NCBI GenBank assembly: GCA_043228905.1
Contig: JBHGNT010000001.1
Span: 21,328,001-21,392,000 of the forward strand
Reading direction: 5' to 3'
Source: Azolla caroliniana
Lineage: Eukaryota; Plantae; Polypodiophyta
Length of the DNA: 64,000 nt
Each line of letters opens with the position of its first letter. Within the stretch, counting starts at the first letter, position 1. The notes beneath the pieces were generated by a model that saw only the letters and a program-made list of their open reading frames with translations, was not told the DNA's origin and searched no databases. Below are positions 20,201 through 29,519 of this stretch, one piece after another. The translations under genes were made by a program, and so were the position numbers.

Positions 20201-22847
20201 TGATGCTTTCGGCATATAAAGGGGTTGCCTCCTTGCTAGTGAGCACCCGTGGTTGCGTGGCTACCCGTACCTTTGTTTTCCCTCGTCGGAACGTGATCAT
20301 ATTCTTTTGCCAATTTTGCTTGATATGCGCCGTTCGCAGCCATGGTCGTCCTAACAGTAGGGGATATGCGCCTTGTACATTCAGCTCTAGTACCACGGCC
20401 GATATTCGGAATACGTGGCCTCCTATTGTTACTTCCAAGTCCCGGATAAGACCAGTTGGTCGGACTGAGCTTGTATCCGCCATGCGTAACCAGAAGGGGC
20501 ATGGTTCCCACTCCTGGATGCCTAGGTCGTCGCATGTCTGTCGACTAATGACGTTCACCCCGGAGCCTCCGTCAATAATTGTTCCTGGAATCTCCTTTCC
20601 TTTGACGATTGTCGTGATTGCTGGGCTACTGGTATCAACCACCGCTGGGCCTTCCTCCGGGTTGGAGAAAAATGCCGGTGCCGGCGTCGGCGTCGGTTTG
20701 CTTACGGCGGCTTGTAAGTCTGCTGTGAACCGCGGCACCAACTGCAGTAACCGTGCCAACGGCAGCACGATCTGACAATCTTGTAGTGCTTGCCATGTCG
20801 GGTTTTCTCCTGGCTGTACGATTTCTTCCTCCCTTGGCATATTTTGGTTTCTTACTTCCGCCGCACCTTGTTCGTTGGCTTCTTTGATCCATTGTGCCGC
20901 TTGTTTTCTGATTGCTTCCTGGGCTTCCCATTCGGCGGCCTTCCCTTTCGACCGCGTGATAACCTGCTGTACGTCGGCTGTCACCATGTTGACTGCTGGC
21001 TGCTTGTCGGCTGTTTTGCTTGGGCATTGATTACTGTAATGCCCTTCTTTTCGGCAGTAATAACAATACACCCTGTGCGTGTTGCTGGATTCTCCTTTTT
21101 CCCATGTTTGGGGAAGGGGCATTCCCCGGCGGTTGTCCTCGGTTTTTCGGTTCTCCGGTGCCGCTACTGGTTTGTCATTCTTCGTTGCCTCCCGACGCTC
21201 CTCTCTACGGAAGAATCCACGCCTTTGGTTCCGTTGGAAATTCCGGTTTCCTGGCCGCCTTTCTTCTCTTCGTCGCTCGTATTCCGGGGATTCGTCTCGG
21301 TCGTACCGGTCCCGGGGGTGGCTATCCCTTCGGTTCTCCTCTCGGTCGTACCGGTCCCTGGGGTAGCTATCCCTTCGGTTCTCCTCTCGGTCGTACCGGT
21401 CCCGGGGGTAGCTATCCCTTCGGTTCTCCTCTCGGTCATAGCTGTCGCGTCTTCTATCGGGGTATCTGTCGCCGCGTTCTCGTCGGTAGCGGTCGTCCCT
21501 CCGGAATCGATTCTCTTCCGGGTCCCGATTGCGCGGTTCAATGTGTCGGACCGGTGCCGCTTGTCGAGTTAACAGGTTATACTCGCATTGGTTCGTTGTG
21601 TGGGCGCGAGAATTGCATATCATGCACTGTGCACGCAGGGTGCAGTCGACGGTCGAGTGCCCCGAATTTAGGCATGTTGTGCATTGTAGGGCTTGTCGGA
21701 ACCGGAGATCCTCCTCCTTCGGAAGCGCCTGGTGTAACGCCCCCATCGGCAAGAAGGGGCTCGTGGTGTCCATTTCCAGGACCCGATCAATGACTTGGTC
21801 CATTGTGCTGGTGCTGAAATCGATGATTCCACACATCGCTCGAAGTGGGTCTTTTAACGCAGCCAAAAAGACGGCCTTGGCCTCCTCTTCGGGTGGTGCT
21901 CTTGCTAATTGACTGTGCAAGGTCTGGAAACGAACGATAAATTGTGGGACCGTCTCGTTTTCTCCCTGCCGAGTGGTGTAGAATTGTCCGACCAATTCCC
22001 TTTGTTCCACTCGTCTATGAAACAAGCGTAAAAACTGGGTTTTCAATGCCTCGAACGTGGCGAAGCTGCCTGGTAAGTGCTTGTCGTGCCACCGGGCCGC
22101 CGGTCCTTCTAATGTCATGCCGAATTCGGCGACTTTGGATCGGTCGGCCTCGGCCTCCGTCAGTCTCTGGGACACGTGGTTGGCTTCCCATGTTCGCAGG
22201 AATGCATACACATGTGCCTCTCCGTCGGGCTCATCCCGATACTTTGGGTACGGATACGGCATCGTGTCGTCCCACTGATTCTCCTGCGCTGGTTCCTCCG
22301 ATGTCGGTCTCCGCTCCTGCGGTTCCTCCGCAGGTGGTGTTGGTATCCGCTCCTGCGGTTCCTCCGCGGGTGGTGTTGGTATCCGCTCCTGCGGTTCCTC
22401 CGCGGGTGGTGTTGGTATCCGCTCCTCCCTCCTCGGCGATTGCCGGTCACCGAACTCCAGAGTTAGTTCCTCCTCTGGCTCCGATGTTGCTGAGTGATCC
22501 GACTCAAAGGGGTTGTTCCCGTGTCTGCTTTTATAGCGGGATCCCACGCTTTCCCCGCTATCCGAATCCGCCTCTAATGTTGCAAATGCCGCTGCGTCCC
22601 CGTCGCCGCCAGCGAGAGTCTGTAGTAGTGTCTCCGCTTCTTGGAGGCTGGTTATGCTACTGCCTTCGTCGGAAGCTTGTAGAACTTGGAACTGCAGTGC
22701 GTTTTCTGCGATTTGCCGAAGCGTTGTTGAGAATGACCGATCGCTCCGGATCTCGTCGACGGCTTGCTGCAAGGCTTCCCGTCGTCGCTGCCGTTCGGCG
22801 TGGCGTCTCCCTCTTTCGGTGATGTGGTCGTTATTTTGTCTAGACAT
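17202..22847 (-). CDS. Gypsy D gag-pol polyprotein, ~1881 aa (Gag, 3 CCHC knuckles, PR, RT, RNase H, integrase)
   Basis: Single ORF; IIDGGSGVN, VFLDD, VFVDAS, HHCC finger, [18 protein letters not shown]; no chromodomain; first ATG at 22847. Confidence 0.97.
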   Translation of the reverse strand: MSRQNNDHITERGRRHAERQRRREALQQAVDEIRSDRSFSTTLRQIAENALQFQVLQASDEGSSITSLQEAETLLQTLAGGDGDAAAFATLEADSDSGESVGSRYKSRHGNNPFESDHSATSEPEEELTLEFGDRQSPRREERIPTPPAEEPQERIPTPPAEEPQERIPTPPAEEPQERRPTSEEPAQENQWDDTMPYPYPKYRDEPDGEAHVYAFLRTWEANHVSQRLTEAEADRSKVAEFGMTLEGPAARWHDKHLPGSFATFEALKTQFLRLFHRRVEQRELVGQFYTTRQGENETVPQFIVRFQTLHSQLARAPPEEEAKAVFLAALKDPLRAMCGIIDFSTSTMDQVIDRVLEMDTTSPFLPMGALHQALPKEEDLRFRQALQCTTCLNSGHSTVDCTLRAQCMICNSRAHTTNQCEYNLLTRQAAPVRHIEPRNRDPEENRFRRDDRYRRERGDRYPDRRRDSYDREENRRDSYPRDRYDREENRRDSYPRDRYDREENRRDSHPRDRYDRDESPEYERRREERRPGNRNFQRNQRRGFFRREERREATKNDKPVAAPENRKTEDNRRGMPLPQTWEKGESSNTHRVYCYYCRKEGHYSNQCPSKTADKQPAVNMVTADVQQVITRSKGKAAEWEAQEAIRKQAAQWIKEANEQGAAEVRNQNMPREEEIVQPGENPTWQALQDCQIVLPLARLLQLVPRFTADLQAAVSKPTPTPAPAFFSNPEEGPAVVDTSSPAITTIVKGKEIPGTIIDGGSGVNVISRQTCDDLGIQEWEPCPFWLRMADTSSVRPTGLIRDLEVTIGGHVFRISAVVLELNVQGAYPLLLGRPWLRTAHIKQNWQKNMITFRRGKTKVRVATQPRVLTSKEATPLYAESINMLEGLPDEEIDRYLEEHPQIVPLFEVDITAAVEPYITMPDEPDKVAIRELRQAQEALEREMTISQRVKASQLEEVDLGTTEQPRPVKVAKELPKEEKQAMVALLTEFKDVFAWSYEDMRGLDPQLYQHQIHLSTDAKPIAQRRYRMNPNYAAKVKEEIDKLLRVGFIRPVKQATWLSPIVVVPKKNGKIRVCVDYRKLNAATVTDAFPLPFTDGVLDAVAGHEVYSFLDGFSGYNQIRMNPADQEKTAFVTEWGVFVAVVMMFGLKTAPATFQRIIMEIFGDFIPGFMQVFLDDFAVYSRHGEHFDHLRICLEKCREYRLSLNPAKCVFGVASGNLLGHVVSREGIAVDPDKVKAILDAPAPNSAKALSRFLGQIRWHSRMIRHLADFATPLHAAVHRVPFQWTETEEAAYQALKVMLSQAPVVQPPDWSKSFHVFVDASDVAIGSVLMQLTEPKWYRPVYYASRKLSKAERNYSTTEREALGMVYSVTKYRHYLLGRKFSFHVDHSALLYLVSKAALTGKLARWTLLLQEFEFDIFHRPGVQHAVADYLSRLESGESGDGVQDEFPDAELFKVTTAPATETTVADEDKWLTEMHQFLSTGVPPENLDRDERKRMAVRSRHFCLVGDTLYHKGADGVWRRAVRSDEKDLILREAHCGIAGGHYAGETTARKIWQSGLWWPTTMRDAVKYSRECDLCQRLGQPTEQARMPHHPVLPLEPFQKWGLDFVGPFKPPAMRTGNRYIIVATDYCTKWVEAKALRDNTAASTAKFLYECIWCRYGCPIELISDQGGHFLGQVVESLTSFYAVVHKRSTPYYPQANGLAESTNKTLQNILRKIVNENRTDWDTKLQSVLWAYRTAYKTSIRTTPFRLAFGLEAVMPVEFQIRRGNEKEFEVGKPVLLFQTRMGNMPGKLRFRWTGPFWITKEYNGSYQLGTLSGEVVGKWANGFRLKPYKGHMPANPFKQNPENPNCEEPTPTRNNDEELTTVHTDPNISGGTEQ

Positions 22848-22882
22848 CCATGCCCCGGTTGTCCTCTGCACTCTGCAGGAAT

Positions 22883-22893
22883 CGTGGTCGCCA
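22883..22893 (-). other. PBS of Gypsy D, probably tRNA-Arg(UCG)
   Basis: TGGCGACCACG, 6 nt after the 5' LTR. Confidence 0.7.
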
Positions 22894-23276
22894 AAATAGT
22901 GTTGTATGTATGGCTGGACTAGCCGCAACACAGGTGTCTATCCGACACTTCTCCAAAGGGGTGGTAGGGATAGGATGTTAATACACGCGTATGATAATTA
23001 CACTTAAGCACAGACGAAGACAAGATGAATCAGCATAAGCAAAACTATATTAATTCTTCGTGCTTTCATTACAAAACATCGGATCCTTTTTATAGGCATC
23101 CGGCCAGATTACAATCGGTGCTCGGTAGGCAACCGTTAACCGAAACCGAATCGGTTCGGATCCGGATCGGTTACAACTACCGGATCCGTCCCTCCTAATA
23201 ATTCTATTCCTATTTCTATATTTATCCGATCCGACCTTGCTTTCCCATTTGCCTTCTCTGACCGGCCAACAGTTGG

Positions 23277-26227
23277 GATCGGATAAAGGGGGTAGCGGCT
23301 GATCCTAACTTGTGGGACCCACGAGGCATAGGGCACCGGTTCACCGATGAGACGCGACAGAAGCTCCGGATTGGTGGGGGTGGCTTCCTATTGCCTAAGG
23401 AGGAGGAAAGATTTAGAAGGATGATCGAAAGCCACGGAAGGGCTTTCGCCTTCTCGTCGGGTGAGATAGGGTGTGTAAACCCTAAGATCGTGGAACCAAT
23501 GGTGATCTTTATGGTGCCGCATGTACCGTGGAACATCAAGCCAATCCTCGTTCCGAGAGCTCACATCCCAAAGTTGATTGAGCTACTCAAGGAAAAGATC
23601 GAGATGGGTATCCTCGAGCCATCAAGCGCCCCATACTCGAATCGGTGGTTCACTGTGCCAAAGAAGAACGGCACATTATGCTTCATCCAAGACCTACAAC
23701 CTGTTAATCAAGTGACAATTCAAAATGCTGGGGTCGGACCGAGTGTTGACGAATTCGCCGAGGCCTTCGCTGGAAGGTCTATTTATTCGATCGGTGATCT
23801 ATACTCGTGGTATGATCAATTCCAACTAGTTGTGGAGAGTAGGGATATTACGACGATGCGAACCCCTATTGGCCTAGTGCGAATGTGTACCTTGCCACCA
23901 GGAGGCACTAACTCTGTAGCCCACATGGTAAATGCAATGAACAAGGTATTGAGAGATTGCATCCCTGACATCACCATGCCTGCCGTTCCTCGATGACATC
24001 CCCATAAAAGGGTGCTTTGAAGCGGAGAAAGATGAAACCTTGGATGAGGATGGGTGTAGACGTTTTGTGGCATATCACATCTCTGATTGCAAGAAGGTTC
24101 TACAAAGACTCAAAGATGCACGCTTGACCTTCTCGGGTGAGAAATCGGTATTCGGCCAATCGAGGATCCTTGTGGTGGGACACTTGTGCGGGGCGTACGG
24201 ACGGAAGCCATCCCCGACAAAGGTGGACGCCATCACAGACATGAGAGAAGAATGTAAATCACAAACAGAGGTGAGGCGATTTCTTGGTGCCTGTGCATTC
24301 TACCACATATGGATCCCGCACTATGCTCACCTAGCCGAGCCCTTGTATGGGCTACTCAAGAAGGGGCGGAAGTTCAAGTGGGAGGAAGAGCACACAGAGG
24401 CAATGAAGAGGCTCAAAGGAATGTTGGTAGCGGCACCAACTTTACGAAAAGCCGTATACAAGGAAGGGGTGCCCATCTACGTGACGGTAGATACGAGTCC
24501 AACAGGGATCGGATGGGTCATAAACCAAGAAGGAGAGGATGGTACAGGCTATGCCATCCGGTTCGGAGCCAAGGTCTTAAGCGAGCGACAACGAGGATAC
24601 GCCCAAGTAAAACATGAGCTTTGGGGTATTGTGTCCGCATTAAAGGCGGATAAAGATTACCCAATCGGGTCAGAGGTGGTAATAGAGACGGATTGCCTTC
24701 CAATCCTAGGGATGGTTTCGGGATGTGCAACACCTGACCTAGCTATGCTAAGGTGGATTGCTTACATCAAATCAATGAACTCGGAGATTCACCACATTTC
24801 AGGGAAGAACAATGCCATGGCAGATATGCTATCGAGGGCAAGATTTGAGGACGAAAGCGACATGGTGTCTGAAGATGAGGATGTTGCTCTTGACTTCTTT
24901 AAGACGGTCCAAGCATCTATAGATGATTGAGATGTGTGAGTACTCCACGCCTTCAACGAAAGTGAATACGAAGGGGAGTGGCTACACATTGGCAAGTTCT
25001 TAAGCTCAATGACGGTGGATAGTTCATGGTCGAAGCAGGAAGCACAGAGAGTCCGAAAGAAAGCGTACAAGTACTTCCTACGAGGGGGATTCCTCGGGAG
25101 GCACCCGAAGAGAAGGATGGGGATGCCACAATGAGTGGTCATAAAGGAAGAAGACCAGACAACATTGGTATCTGAGTTCCACAAGAGTCCTTGGGTGGGC
25201 CATAGAGGAACGTGGGCAACATTTGAGAAGTTAAAGGAGAAGTATTGGTGGCCGGGAATGTACAAGGATGTCGCCCATTTCGTGGGGACGTGTGAAAGTT
25301 GCCAGATACACTCCAATGTACGCCATAGGGACGAGTTGCACCCGGCCTACCCACTCACCATACACTTCAAATGGATGTTGGATTTGGTTTCGATGCCGAT
25401 GGGAGTGGGCCAAATGAAATATTTGGTGCTAGCAAGAGAAGACCTAACAAACCAAGTAGAAGGGCGAGCCTTAGCAAACAAAACAACGGCGGTGGTGTGT
25501 AAATTCTTACTTGAGGATGTCATCTGCCGGTACGGATGTGTGGGAAAGATAGTGGCCGACAGAGGAGAGCTGAACGCTCATGAAGCCACAGAGCTCTTTG
25601 ATCGACTTGGAGTGAAGCTCCTCTCACGACCGCTTATAACCCGGAGGCTAATGGAAAGATAGAACGCGGACACGAGCCTATCGTAAAAGCCATTGTACGA
25701 GCTTGTGATGGGCGAGTCGGGAATTGGCCTCGGTTACTACCTTATGCCTTGTGGGCCAATAGAACAACTCATAGCTCAGTTACAGGTTTCATGCTAGCTG
25801 AACTCATGTACGGACAAAAGCCGGTGATGCCCATTGAAGACACGATCGCTTCATGGGTAGCGATGCCATGGGAAAACGAGATGAGTCGAGAAGAGCTTCT
25901 AGCCACAAGGATAAGGCAACTTGAGAGAAGACCCGAAGACATAGAGTTGGCAAAGGAGAGGTTAGAAGTGGCTAGGCTAAGTAACAAAGCCCGATTCGAC
26001 AACACCGACTACGCCCTCGGAAGATCGAAGAAGGAGACTGGGTGATTGTATATGATAGTAGTCTCGACAATCAACATAGCTCGATGTGGAAATTCACAAA
26101 GCGATGGTTCGGGCCGTACGTGGTAACGAGTGCAAACGATAATGCTACCTACGACCTCGCTGAACTCGATGGGACTAAGCTGGCAGTACGAATAGCAGGG
26201 ACACGGGTCAAAATCTTCAAAAAGTGA
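23277..26227 (+). pseudogene. Gypsy C pol (RT, RNase H, integrase), decayed
   Basis: YSNRWFTVPKKNG, DLYSWYDQF, VTVDTSP, ETDCLP, GHRG...CESC, KWMLDLV, VADRGE, WFGPY. Confidence 0.93.
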
Positions 26228-27854
26228 CACGACAGGGAGCCAAACATTGATGACCTTGACGAAGATAAAGGCGAGCAAACAACAAGCCGGGTCAATGAGG
26301 AGGAAATGAACTATTGACCACCCTCCGCCTGCCATTCTTGGCACATACCGAAGGATGTGCGGTTTGGTGGGGGTGGATGTCGTGATGTGGCGTGCTCGAG
26401 AGTGGGAGAAACCGGCGAAAGGGGGGGGTTGAAAAATGTGCATGTGCAATGTGTGTGCACACAAAAACGATTAATTATGCATACGCAAAATAAAAAGGAA
26501 AAGAAAGGGTGAAAAGGAGGTATAGAAGCTCGTGCAAAAAGTAAGAGAGAGGAGAGACAAAAGGTAGAGGGGAGACATGCTATAAATTTATAGAGATAGA
26601 ATTATATATTATATAAGAGAGAGTTAGTGGGCTAGTGGATAGCCACATTGACTACTAGCTAGAGGTGCATGGTTCGAATTTGGACTTATAGTGCAACGTG
26701 ATTTAAGGAATTTTATTCCTTTTTCATTAAAGACAAATTTGGCGACCCTCCCTTCTTTTTATTTTCCTATAAAAGGAGGTCGAGGGGGGCTCATTCGGGA
26801 GGACGTTTTGGGAGGAGGAGACTATCGCCAATTTTCCTTCGAAGCTCTTCATCTCCTTATTCACCACTTCTCTTCATCTCATACCCCTTCATCCCCCCAT
26901 CACCACGTGCTTGTCTTCTTCGCGTCGGCACTCGAAGTGCTTGTGAGCCCAAGCTTCGTTGGTTCGATGTTGCTCCACCCCGTTGGTTGTTGCGAGCCCG
27001 TGTGCTCGCCGTTCGGGTGGTCGTGGTTCGTTGGGATTGGCGTTTTGGTGGTGCTCGTGTGTTCATCTTCGCCATGCTCGGATTTGCTTTTGTCTCTAAG
27101 GGCATTTAATATTTATATTTTGATTGAGCTTGTGGTTAACTATAAGTTGCCATTGTAAACAAAACCCTATTTTATAAAGGGTCCTCTTGCATTGGAATCG
27201 AACACGTATTTATCTCTTTGGTCGATATCATTCGTGTTTCTTTCTCTCCTTCTTTCTTTATTCGTGTCTTCCTTGTACGTTCGGCCGTCTTGTGACGAGG
27301 GGACCGTTCGGGCTTGCCCATGCATCTCTCCTCCTCATAAAGGCGTACGAGTATTTCGGGTGTGTGTTTGTGTCTTCCTTGTACGTTCGGTCGTCTCGTG
27401 ACGAGGGAGCGTTCGGGGTTGGCCATGCACCTCTCCTCCTCCTAAAGGCGTACGAGCATTTGTGCATGTGTTTTGTGTCTTCCTCGTACGTTCAACGTCT
27501 TGTGACGAGGGAGCGTTCGGGCGTGCCCATGCAACTCTCCTCCTCATAAAGACGTACGGACATTCGTGTTTGTGTTATTATCCCCTTGTGTGTTCATGTT
27601 GCGTGCTCATCTTGCTTGTACCCGTTTGGTCACTTGGCTCGTGCAGTGATCTCGGAAGGTCGACGAGTCGTGATCAACGAGAGCCACCGGCCTCACAAAA
27701 CAAAGGGCAATGAGACCTTGCTCGGAAAGGGGTCGGGAAGTAGTATTGTAGTAAAGCAAACCTCGGGTCTTCTTTATCCCTTGAGTACTCCCTAGTCCAA
27801 GACCCCCGTGGTCCCACCCAAGTAACACACGTGCGCGAAACTTCGCGACACCGG

Positions 27855-29140
27855 ACCGGTGGCTCATGGAAATGACATACTTTTTGACTACGGGACTGCC
27901 TCCACCGCAATTACACACGGACGAGAAGAAACGATTAGCTGTCCGGAGCCGTAACTTTTGCCTAGTAGAAGGAATCTTATATCACAAAGGTAGTGATGGC
28001 ATTTGGCGACGTGGTGTACGTGAGGATGAGAAAGAAGCGGTCTTACGGGAGGCTCACTGCGGCACGACAGGCGGATACTACACAGGCGATGTTACGGCCT
28101 GGAAAATAGGGCAAGCAGGCCTATGGTGGCCGACTACACAGAAGGATGCGTACGAGTATTGCAGAAAGTGCGATTTGTGTCAATGGATGGACCAACCCAC
28201 TGAGGGCGCAAGAATGCCACACTAGCCCGTATTACCGTTAGATCCCTTCCAAAAGTGGGGATTGGATTTTGTGGGCCCCTTCACACCGGCGGCGGCTCAT
28301 ATGGGCAATAAATACATATTGGTGGCCACGGATTATTGCACCAAGTAGCCCGTAAGGCACTACGAGAGAATACGACGGCCGTCATGGCAAGATTCCTTTA
28401 CGAACATATCTGGTGTCGGTTCGGTTGTCCGATTGAGCTTATAAGTGATCAGGGGAGCCACTTTCTCAATATGGTAGCTCGTGAACTAACACATCATTAC
28501 GCCGTAGTCCACAAGAAGAGTACGCCATATTATCCACAAGCGAATGGGTTGGCGGAATCCACCAACAAGACATTGCAGACCATATTAAAGAAAATCGTCA
28601 ATGAAAATAAAACGGACTGGGATACCAAATTACATAGTGCGTTATGGCCGTACAGAACCAGCTACAAAACAAGCATACAGTCAACATAGTTTTGACTAGT
28701 GTTTGGGCTGGAGGCCGTTATGCCGGTAGAGTTTCACATACCCAGTTTACAGATTCAAGTACGGGACCGACTATCGGAAGCCAAGTCGGAGGAATTACGG
28801 CTCCACTATCTACTCAAACTCGGTGAAACATGCGTACACAGCATGGCTGTGTTGGAGCAGGAACAACGACGGCGTAAAGCGTTTGTGGATCGACATCGGA
28901 ACGCACGGGAAAAGGATTTCGAGGTCGGTAGAGCGGTACTAGTTTTCGAAACCCGCATGGGCTAGATGCCAGGAAAATTACGATTCCGCTGGACAGGCCC
29001 ATACTGGATAATAGGAGCAGAACAAGGCACGTTCCAACTGGGCATGCTGGTCGGGGAAGTATTACGACAGAAGGTGAATGGGTTTCGCCTTAAACCTTAT
29101 CTGGGACCTACGCCACCTAACCCATTCCCCGTCGGATAGG
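27855..29140 (+). pseudogene. Gypsy B integrase, decayed
   Basis: AHCG...[30 protein letters not shown]. Confidence 0.93.
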
Positions 29141-29519
29141 ACAAAGCTGGAGAACCCGCGACGTAAGTAGACAACCCCACTTGTATCATAGTGTAAAAAT
29201 AGGTTGTATGTAACCGTTATGGAAAAAAAAAAGAAAAAAAAAAGAAAAAAGAAAAAAGAGAAGATAGCGATGCTATTAAAAGGACTTAAAGCATGCACAC
29301 ATTTCTAGACCAAGAACACGTGACACCACGATGGCTCACCGACCAATGAACCCTAGGCCACAAAAAGAAGGAAATAGAAGGTTTTCTGCACAATATAGAA
29401 ATCCACCTCCTAACTTTCATCGCTCTCATCGCTCCCCTTCCTCACCTTCTTCGCCATCCTATCACAGAGCTCAAGCCCACCGCAACCAACAATCTTCACC
29501 ACACGAGCCTACTCTGACG

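Larger units (their letters stand above)
13313..23271 (-). mobile_element. Gypsy D, full-length and very young (9959 bp)
   Basis: 372-bp LTRs at 13313-13684 and 22900-23271 look identical by eye; perfect TSD GTTGG; two uninterrupted ORFs; CpG-rich. Confidence 0.98.
9421..27850 (+). mobile_element. Gypsy C (tRNA-Trp PBS, 4-bp TSD, tandem-repeat LTRs), decayed
   Basis: LTRs at 9421-10787 and 26378-27850; TSD TTGG/CCGG, whose removal restores B's frame TFPDRWLM; G-rich PPT TTTGGTGGGGGTGGA before 26378. Confidence 0.93.

Noticed and set aside
19846-22822. Long + strand ORFs (309, 260, 257, 292 aa) as antisense genes
   Set aside because: Shadow frames of GC-rich gag-pol with no motifs; not shown to be under selection
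22848-22931. gag-pol N-terminal extension in the ORF track
   Set aside because: Starts at a non-ATG codon within the LTR and crosses the PBS
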